DNA of 64,000 bases from positions 10,354,001 to 10,418,000 of the forward strand of contig NC_043022.1 of NCBI RefSeq assembly GCF_006345805.1. The letters run 5' to 3'. Shown one piece after another: positions 54,185 through 64,000 of this stretch. Position numbers and translations under genes: made by a program. The DNA comes from Octopus sinensis (lineage: Eukaryota). Under the pieces are notes generated by a model. It did not search any database and was not told the DNA's origin. It saw only the letters and a list, made by a program, of their open reading frames with translations. Every line of letters begins with the position of its first letter. Position 1 is the stretch's first letter.

Positions 54185-56417
54185 TCATCATCATCATCGT
54201 TTAACGTCCGCTTTCCATGCTGGGTTGGATGATTTTGACTGAGGGCTGGCAAACCAGATGGCTGCACCAGGCTCCAATCTTGATCTGGCAGAGTTTCTAC
54301 AGCTGGATGCCCTTCCTAACGCCAACCACTCCGAGAGTGTCGTGGGTGCTTTTTATGTGCCACCGGCATGGGGGCCAGTCAGGCGGTACTGGCAACGACC
54401 TCACTCAAATCTTTTTACACGTGCCAGTGAAGCGACGGTAATGATCACGCTCGAATGGTACCCTTTTATGTGCCACTGGCACGGAAGCCGGTTAGCTGCT
54501 TTGTCACTGATCACACTTGTATGGTGCTCATTGCACCCCGCTAGCATAGATGCCAGTCATCGAATTTGATTTTGGTTGATTTCACTTGCCTCAACAGGTC
54601 TTCACAAGCAGAGTTTAGTGACCAAAGAAGGAAAAGGTATGCATAAGCGGGCTGGTTACGCTCCTGGCATAGGCCACAGGTTATGGTCTCATTTGGCTTG
54701 CCGGGTCTTCTCAAGCACAGCATATTCGAAGGCCGTGCTTCACCACTTCATCCCAGGTCTTCCTGGGTCTACCTCTTCCACAGGTTCCCTCAACCGCTAG
54801 GGTATGGCACTTTTTCACACAGCTAACCTCATCCATTCTCGCCACATGACCATACCAGCGCAGTCGTCAATCTTGCACCCAAACTTCTAATGCTTCTTAG
54901 GTCCAGCTTTTCTCTCAAGGTGCTTACACTGTCAAGTATGCACACTGACATTGCACATCCATCGGATCATACTGGCTTCATTCCTTGTGAGCTTATGCAT
55001 GTCCTCAACAGTCACAGCCCATATTTCACTGCCGTGTAGCATGGCTGTTCATACACATGCATCATACAGTCTGCCTTTTACTCTAAGCGAGAGGCCCTTT
55101 GTCATCAGCAGAGTTAAGAGCTCTCTGAACTTTACCCAAGCTATTCTTATTCTAGCAGCTACACTTTCAGTGCACCCTCCTCTGCTACTGACTTGGTCAC
55201 CTAGGTAACGGAAGCTATCAACTATTTCTAGTTTTTCTCCCTGGAATGTGGCGGAAGTTGATCTCTGCACATTTTCAATATTTATCGCTCCCGAACATCT
55301 GCCACATACGAAAACTATCTTCCCAGTTAGCCTTCCTTTGATATTACTGCACCTCTTATGTGTCCATAGCTTACACTGGGTACATCTTATAGAGTTTCTA
55401 CCTACGCTTCTACTACAGATCAAGCAGGGCCATCTACCTGAAGGGATTTGTGGTTTGCCTGCCTTCCTACTTATTAGGACTTTGGTTTTAGCTAGGTTGA
55501 TTCTAAGGCCCCTCAATTCTAATCCTTGTTTCCACACTTGAAACTTCTCCAGTTCTGATAGTGACTCAGCAATTAGAGCAAGGCCGTCAGCAAAGAGGAG
55601 CTCCCAGGGGCATCCTGTCTTGAATGCCTCCGTTATTGCCTGGAGGACTATGATAAATAGGAGGGGGCTGAGGACTGAACCCTGGTGGACCCCAACCTCT
55701 ACCTTGAATTCTTCAGTGTACTCTTTGCCAACCCTTACCTTACTTACAGTGTCCCTGTACATGGCTTGCACAGCTCACAATAACCATTCATCTATCCCTA
55801 GTTTCCTCATTGACCACCAGATAAAGGATCAGGGGACCCTGTCAAAGACTTTCTGCATGTCAACGAAAGCCAGGTACAGGGGCTTATCTTTGGCTAGGTA
55901 TTTCTCCTGCAGCTGTCTTACTAGAAATATGGCATCAGTGGTGCTTTTCCCTGGCACGAAACCAAACTGACTTACTCCCTAATCCTTTGATACTTCTGTA
56001 ATTATTTGTATCTAGGGTGTCACCTTTACCTTTGTAGCAGTTGACTATTATGCTGCTACACCAGTCATTGGGTATGACTCCTTCGTGTATCACCTGGTTA
56101 ACTATACAGGTGACTAGGCTATAGCCGACACTACCAGATATTTTGAGCATCTCTGCAGTAATTCCTGATGGGCCTGGGGCTTTCCCTGTCTTCATGCTTC
56201 TAATTGCCTTAACTACCAAGTAACTGTCAACTCGGATAGCTGGTTCCTCTGTTGGGTCAACATTCGGCAGACTCTCTTTATCCCATTCATTTTCTTTATT
56301 CAGCAACCTTTCATAGTGGCGTCTCCAAACCTCTCTCTTTGCATCCTCATTTAGCGCAAGTGAACCATCATCCATGCGAACACATTTCTCTCCTACCACA
56401 TCACAATTCTCACTCAC
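54185..56417 (-). mobile_element. RTE-clade LINE copy, 5'-truncated, in a gene B intron
   Basis: ORFs 55049-55771 and 55935-56417 match the 41.4-44.2 kb copy; trinucleotide-repeat tail near 54185. Confidence 0.9.
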
Positions 56418-57548
56418 AGTATATATATATATATATACATATGTTTATATCATTTGAATTTACAGAAAAGAAAAGACAAACAGGTGAGGGAACAACAAGC
56501 AGGTGTATTAGTTTGATGCTAGAGAAGACTGCAAATTTCTGACGTTTTGAGCCCATGCTCTTTAACAGAAAGGATTGAGAGGTGAAAAAAGGAGAAAGAA
56601 TTAAAAAAAAAATGGAGAGAGAAAAAATGTGTGGGGATTAATGGTTCAACATGATGAAATATACACATTTACATAACTCATAAAACAGGTAATAACAACA
56701 TGATGAGTATGCACAGCATGTCCAAATTCAACCAAACCACAATGATTATCCTGGTCATACCAATATAAAAGGCTTTTAATGCTTCAACTCCAACTTTTAC
56801 AGAACACAAAGGATTTTCACTGGAAATACTCATCTCTCTGAGGTCCTTACATTCAACAGTATTATATGACATGACACAAGATGCCAGTGGATGTATGGAG
56901 ACCTGTTACAGTTAGAACTCTTCTCAGAATGAAATAAGCACTAAAGAGGTTATCTTTGACTTGAGACAGCATTCACCCGAGGTGGGTTGAGCTGGCTTCA
57001 CCCGGGTGGGTTGAGCTGGCTTCACCTGGTGTGGGTTCAGCTGGGTTCAGCTGGCTTCATTCATCCTCAATGCTGCATCTCTCACAAGAGATGTACAAAG
57101 AGGTTATCTAATCATGTCAAACAGCCCTCTCTTCTATGATAGATCATTATTTTGGAATGATCGTTTTGACTTCACACTTTGATGACAAATTTTTTAGGAG
57201 TTGCTCTCAATACAGTAGAGGAGCCATGTGTTTGAGGATGCAAGGAGGTTGAATATTACTGGTAATGTAATTCAAGTAGGCTTTATCAGAAGGGACTGTG
57301 ATATTTAACAGTGATGTAGGAGGGATCAGGCCATTGCCAAACTGAGGTTCATTATCTGGTGTGAAACAGATGATGCATGTTGAGCACCTTGACAGGTGCT
57401 GAAGCACAAGCCTTAGTCAACAATAGTATCAGTCAGGGAGTCTGACTGGGGTGGTACACCTGTCAAATGGTATGCGAATGGATGTGAACTGAGCCATGAC
57501 AAACAATATCCATCAGTCTCTCTCTCACAAGATAGTTTTGAAACTTAC

Positions 57549-57761
57549 CTTATCTAAGGCTTCAATATGTTTAGTCTCAGATTTAAACCTCCTTTTCTTC
57601 AAGGCTAGATGAAGAGAAGTATCTCCATACATATCACCAGCATTAACATCAGCCCCTTTCAACACTAAAGCATGAATCAGTCCCACATGTCCATTGGAGA
57701 CAGCATTATGCAATGGTGTTTGTCTATCATCATGGTCTTGAATATTCAGTTGTATTTGATC
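57549..57761 (-). CDS. Gene B ankyrin exon (213 nt, phase 0-0)
   Basis: caatatag|GAT CAA...GAT AAG|gtaagt; DQIQLNIQDHDDRQTPLHNAVSNGHVGLIHALVLKGADVNAGDMYGDTSLHLALKKRRFKSETKHIEALDK. Confidence 0.9.
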
Positions 57762-57889
57762 CTATATTGAAGAAAGAAAAAAAACTGGAAATAATTGTAT
57801 ATATATCAATATGTCATTATGGTCTTCATCATCAAACTTTTAATGCAGATTTAGTGTTGTCAGGTGAAGAATATCCTTCATAGGTCCCT

Positions 57890-58900
57890 CTATAATTTGG
57901 AATATCTAGTCACTTCTTGCATAATGAGTACAACCAGTTTCTGGATGAAAGCAGAGTCCTATCTTCTTTCCTATTTGCTGTCCCTTCAACTTTTATTAAG
58001 TTTACCTTCAGGCCTCGTGATTCTATGTTTTGCTTCCATAACTGGAATTTTTCCTTTGAATCATCTACCACAGATTCAGTTCCAAGAACTCCATATTGGA
58101 GGTCCCACATCCAGTCAGATTTACATTCCTGTTATGGCCTGGAGGATTATAATAAACAGGAGGCAATTGAGGATTAAACTTTGGTAGATCCCTACCCACA
58201 CATTGAACTTATTGCTAATGCACCTCATTGACTTGCACAGCTGTCACAAGGCCCTCATCTACATCTAGTTTTCTTAGTGACAACCAGATTACAGAACATA
58301 AAAACACTCTTAACCATTAAACAGTTAAATTGGCCATATCCAGCCCAAATATTCTACATGTTTTATGTTGAAACTGGCCAGATCCAACTTTTCATATTTA
58401 CCTTACAATATCATTCTAAAAATAAACAATCATATCGTTGAAATCTTGAGGCAATGAGATAATGCAGGATTAACTCAAGACAATGTGAATAAATAAGTAT
58501 CACATTTGACCAAGTAATCTGAATACTGCAGGTCAATGAATGCTAGGTATAGGCTAGCTCTGAACTTCTCTTGCAGTGGTCTCATCAGAAAGAGGGCATC
58601 AGTGATACCTCTTTCTGGTACAAAACTGAACTGCACCTCAAGAAAGATATTTCTGTTCTTAATCAGTAACTTTCATAAGCTAGACCACCAACTTGATGCC
58701 TCTGTAGTTTCCTCTCTCCTGTATCTCCTTTACCTTGTAATAATTAACAATAATTCTGTTTGCACCAGTCATTAGGTATAACACCTATTTTTATTTCCTG
58801 ATTGGCTATGATCCTCATCTGAAATATTCAGTATCTTTGCAACTATACCAAATAGTGTAGCTGCCTTTCCTGTCTTCATATCCTCAAGCATTCTATCTGC
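57890..58900 (-). mobile_element. Highly decayed RTE LINE fragments interrupted by a MITE
   Basis: KFQLWKQNIESRGLKVNL and ctttcctgtcttcat (MKTGK) remnants. Confidence 0.6.
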
Positions 58901-59341
58901 TGTACTGCCATCAGCCATTAACTTGGATGGCTAGTCCATCTGTTGGGATTGATTGAATATTTTTCTGTCATGCAAACAAACAATTCTTCACTTTGTTCAT
59001 GTCCTTCAACTATCTTTGCTATTCCATGTAGCTTAGTGGTAGGGAGTATTCAGTTCACAATCATAAGGTTGTGAGTTTGAATCATGGCAACGTGTTGTGT
59101 CCTTAAACAAGACACTTTATTTCACATTCCTCCAGTTAACTCAGTTGGCAAAAGTGAGTTGTACCTATATTTGAAAGAGCCAACCTTCTCACATTTGGTC
59201 TCATGCTGAATCTCTCTAGGAACTACATTAAGGGTATGTGTGTCTGTGGGGCCACTTTCACATTTATTTTGCAAGCAGGCTGTCCTGTTGATTAGATCAA
59301 TCAGAGCATATGTTTTCATAACCAATGGAGTGTAGTTATAC

Positions 59342-59538
59342 TAGGTGCTGATAAGGTCCTGGGTTTGGGTAAAAAACTACAGGATCAATTATTTTATTCA
59401 ACATATTCCCCTCTCAGATTCACACACTGAGTGGCACTTCGGTTTTTTTAAGCCCTGTAAAAAAAAACTCAGATGGTTGGGCCTCCAACCAGGGCTTTCA
59501 TGGTACCCTTAAAACTAGGAACTTTTCAGCACCCCTCA
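59342..59538. mobile_element. ~200-bp mariner-derived MITE (partial copies 545-657, 715-886, 18725-18860)
   Basis: Termini ggtgctgataaggtcctgg / ggaacttttcagcaccc; recurs in the window. Confidence 0.65.
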
Positions 59539-59842
59539 TTTATATTAGCCTATAATAAGGTGTGTATACTGTATCATTTGGTATATATTTACACAGAACA
59601 ATGTGATATATTTTGGTTTCATATTTAGATCTAAAGTATATGTTGTATCATGTGACCATTGTCAACGTGATGGTCATTTTCACAATGGCTATTGTCAACA
59701 CCACAAATATTGCTATCCTAATTACCACTATGTACCATGCTTCTCTATATTTGTATGGGTTGGATATGTTTGTTTCACCAACAATGATGATATTGAACAA
59801 CCAACAATGATAAATGCTAAAGGAGTGTATATACTGACTAAC

Positions 59843-59879
59843 CTGGGACAGCAACAATTCCACCATTTTCTGATCATTC
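59843..59879 (-). CDS. Gene B (MIB-like ankyrin-death domain protein) 37-nt micro-exon; upstream exons not found in window
   Basis: ctttcag|G AAT GAT CAG AAA ATG GTG GAA TTG TTG CTG TCC CAG|gttagt; NDQKMVELLLSQ. Confidence 0.85.
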
Positions 59880-62441
59880 CTGAAAGTTATACAAAGATGA
59901 TATTGCTACTAAAAATGCAAACATTACAGATATTGAGATAATTGATTATTAGATTAATAATTCATGAAAACAAACATAAGTAAATATAATTATAACATTT
60001 TCTACAATATACAAAACAGTCAACTGGGCAAGTGTCTTCTGATCAAAGTCTTGTGGGTGGATATGACAGACAGAAATTGATTGTGTTCATCTCTGTGTTT
60101 GTTCCCCCTTCACCGCTTGGCAACCAGTGTTGGTGTATTTACATCCCATAACTTAGCAGTTCAGCCAATAGATTGATAGAATAAGTACCATGCTTTAAAA
60201 AATTACTGGGATTGATTAATTCAATTTCAAGGCAGTGGTGCCCCATCATGGCTGCAGTCTAATGACTGAAACAAGTAAAAGATACAGGACTGTATCAATA
60301 TAAATGACATACACACCTGATTAACACAAGAATCTAGATGAGGCACAATAATGAAGTAATATGATACAGTAATATACAATAAGTAACCCTTTTGACACCA
60401 CCCACCTGAGAATGCCCCTGGTTCTGAGATATAAATTCTGTTTTGAAGTGATCTGAATTAAAAACCTTTCATCAAATTTTCATATTAATTTGTTCCAAAT
60501 ATCAAATTAATACTGACAAAGTTCTTTTAATAAATTCATTAATTTCAAAATCAACTAAAGCAATTGTATTTCAATAAATGTGGTAGGAAAAAAGGTTAAT
60601 CATCTCGCAAGGACAAATATTATAGAGAAGAGGAGATAGCTTATTTAATCAACCCTTGAACCTTTCTGTAACATATTACATCCTGCCAATAGTGAACAAA
60701 GGTAAATAAGGATGTAATTAAGAATTTTGCTTCCTAACCATGTAATTTTAAGTTCAGTCCCACTGCATGCCACTTTGGGTGCCGCCATGAGTGTCAGATC
60801 ATTTGCACAATGTGGAGAATGTACCACATTGGATTCAGAATTCATTCAAGGCTGGAGCCACATGCTCCCTATACAATTCAGACTCACAACACATAAATTC
60901 ACTGCAACACAATTTCTTTTCCTCAATTTAACATTATCCTGAAAAAAATCAAAGAATAAGGTCCCAATCTGGACAGATTTCTTCAAGGGATACCATATAA
61001 GCCACCTTACATCTCAATCAACAATAACTCCCTATTTGACTGGGCCATGATACCACAAAACTTGACTTAAAAATGATGCAACAGATCCAATCAGGTGGTG
61101 CTATTAAGTTAAACATGACCTGGGCCAATTTGTGGCCGAAATATATCTAAGTTATATCCCCATCAGATACCAAAATCATGTATGGTTTTGCTAGACGGAT
61201 ACTAAAAGAAAGCCGTCATATGCACCAGGCAAGAATTGTAAGCAATAGTTGCTTACAATTCTTGCCATTATCACAAATGTGGTGTCCAACAATTTCCCAT
61301 TATTTGTACATCATATCTGTTGTGCTCGGCAATTTACGGAAAATAGAATTTTTTTTTTTTTTACTCTTTTTACTTGTTTCAGTCATTTGACTGCGGCCAT
61401 GCTGGAGCACCGCCTTTAGTCGAGCAAATCGACCCCGGGACTTATTCTTTGTAAGCCCAGTACTTATTCTATCGGTCTCTTTTGCCGAACCGCTAAGTGA
61501 CGGGGACGTAAACACACCAGCATCGGTTGTCAAGCAATGCTAGGGGAACAAACACAGACACACAAACATATTCACACACACTTATATATATATACATATA
61601 TACGACAGGCTTCTTTCAGTTTCCATCTACCAAATCCACTCACAAGGCATTGGTCGGCCCGGGGCTATAGCAGAAGACACTTGCCCAAGATGCCACGCAG
61701 TGGGACTGAACCCGGAACCATGTGGTTGGTTAGCAAGCTACTTACCAAACAGCCACTCCTGCGCCTATTCTTATTTTTTTAAAAATTTATTTTGAAGGTT
61801 ATCAACAATGTCCTTGATCTCCACCAGAGCTGAACAGTCAAACACACACATCCACTTTAACTCCCCTCTCTTATTAGTCAGCAGTATGTGCTTTTGTATA
61901 TATGTATGTAAATGTCTATGTATTTTTGATGATTCGCTTCAAGTCTCCCATGAAAACATAACCTTACTTGAAAACAAGTGCTGGTTGAGGAACACTTCCT
62001 TTTGTACCCCCACCACCATAATTTTTTAAAATATATTACACATGGTGGAAAATTGATTTCCTACCATGTATTATAATAATGATGATGAGAGTCATAAATA
62101 TTAGGAATTTCTATTAAAATAAAAGCTTCATTTCTGTGTTATGGGCGTAGGAGTGACTGTGTGGTAAGTAGCTTGCTTACCAACCACATGCGTGGCACCT
62201 TGGACAAGTGTCTTCTACTATAGCCTAGGGCCGACCAAAGCCTTGTGAGTGGATGTGGTAGACGGAAACTGAAAGAAGCCCGTCGTATATATATATGAGT
62301 GTGTGTGTGTATGTTTGTGTGTCTGCGTTTGCCCCCCCCCACATCGCTTGACAACCAATGCTGGTGTTTACCTCCCCCGTAACTAAGCGATTCGGCAAAA
62401 GGGATCGATAGAATAAGTACTAGGCTTAGAAAGAATAAGTC

Positions 62442-62629
62442 GGTACTACTTAAGAAGAATGGTCCCGGTGCCCGCATCCGCGCTAGCTAGTCGTGACTAG
62501 TCGATCCTACAACGACTACCTAGCAAAGTAAATAAAACGCAAAATAATTTTTTAAAGTAAAAACAAAAACACAAAAGATCGACTAGCTAGCGAGTGCGCG
62601 CACCGGGACCACTCTTCTTAAGTAGTACC
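62442..62629. mobile_element. 188-bp MITE with 9-bp TSD inserted in a SINE
   Basis: TIR ggtactacttaagaaga(a/g)tggtcccggtgc; gaataagtc at 62433-62441 and 62630-62638. Confidence 0.85.
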
Positions 62630-63439
62630 GAATAAGTCTTGGGGTCGATTTGCACGACTAAAGGCGGTGCTCCAGCATGGCCACAGTCAAATGACTGACA
62701 CAAGTAAAAGAGTAAGGAGTATGTAGCTAGCGGGGATGCGCGAGTACGCGCACCGGGACCACTCTTCTTAAATAGTACCGAGTATGTATATTCATGACCC
62801 AATTTGCCTAACTTTTAGGCATGAATATACGTAATACAGAAATGAAGTTTTTAATAGAAATTCTCGATTTTTATGACTTTCTCATCGTGGGGCACAACAA
62901 GAAGTCTTTCCGAAGGACGATTGGTTAGAGACAAGGCATCCAGCTATAAAAAATCTGCTTCAAAGAATTTCATCTGAATGGAATTTTCCAAACATGGAAA
63001 AATGAATTTCAAATAAGGATGAAATGCAAGATTTGAACAAGAAACATAAAAGAAACGAACCAGAATATACTGCGAGGTATTTCAGCGTCGATGGTTACTG
63101 TTTTAACACATTACAAGAGAGAAATGTAAAGTTTTATAAGGAATTGCTGTAAGGTGAGTATTTGATACTGTAACAGGCGAAGATATAGATGAGATGAAGT
63201 GAAAAGAATCTAATGAGAAGCCAACATCGACACAGACAATAATGGCGGTCATGGTGGGAATTAATGTAAGGGAGATAATCACTGCTAGATAAGTCCAAGA
63301 ACAGTTCATCAAAGAAAACCTGCCCCCGTCTCTTAGGCAAGTTTTTCGGTTAACCTGTTACGCTCAAAGGGAGCCGAAATTGGGACTTTAACAGTAACAA
63401 AGATCCTGAATGTCTTTCCGTTACTTAAAAAGGCGTAAC

Positions 63440-63601
63440 TTCGGTATAGGTACCGGAAGTACCGGATACATTTCAAGAAAGTTTTTTTTTTATATATGGG
63501 GGGGAGGGGGTTAGGGTTTGTCTTAGGGTTAGAGGTGGAAGAAAAGGGTTTCTGTTATCTTCAGAAATGTAAACAAAGCCACTTACGGTACCTATACCGA
63601 A
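63440..63601. mobile_element. Short MITE-like inverted repeat element
   Basis: ttcggtataggtaccggaagt ... acttacggtacctataccgaa. Confidence 0.6.
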
Positions 63602-64000
63602 GGAGCGCCCTTAAAAATATAACCTATGATGGGATTATAACAAATCAATATAAACAAACGTGATTGAAAAGTTAAAAGAAATAAACGAAATTTGAACTTT
63701 AAAAGTAACAAAGAAGATTCACGAAGTATACATTATTTTTTACTTATTACAAAGACCTTAAGTATATGTTTCATTACTTAGAAATATAGTCCAGGATAGG
63801 ATTATGACAAATTAATATTGGCGAAGTGTCGGATCAGGACGGCAACATAAGTTGGATTTTCTCCATTTTGACGGGGATTTTTCCCAATTTTTTTTTCGGG
63901 ATGGTGAGGGTGGCGAGAGAAAGATAGTGAAAAACATCGATACATGTGAGAGATAATGAAATGATGAAGGTGGCCGTGGGATGTGCTAGAAACAACAGCC

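Overview
AT-rich, repeat-dense eukaryotic DNA, most likely octopus (inferred from the SINE, RTE-LINE and (TA)n landscape). Almost all ORF-track entries are microsatellite or transposon noise. Reading splice sites by hand reveals two tandem minus-strand paralogs of a Mind bomb (MIB)-derived ankyrin gene. Gene A (exons 15123-15037, 12052-10509, 9483-9447, 6958-6786, 1697-1552/1505) has 16 ankyrin motifs in one 1.5-kb exon, including a recent 99-bp expansion, and an intact RING finger. Gene B (5' part outside the window; exons 59879-59843, 57761-57549, 53808-53633, 51443-51367, 50222-50151, 45754-45549) keeps an ankyrin exon that gene A lacks, has a collapsed RING exon and ends in a death domain. 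Between them is a non-coding array of nine ~480-bp units (31316-35574). Each unit carries a type I hammerhead ribozyme motif within a self-complementary unit, which makes the array a candidate retrozyme/circular-RNA generator. Other Penelope-type fragments with minimal hammerheads, RTE LINEs with a PHD finger inside the RT, CR1-like LINEs, hAT and mariner relics, Helitron-like elements, MITEs and many SINEs fill the rest. All structures were read by eye; no searches or folding were run.
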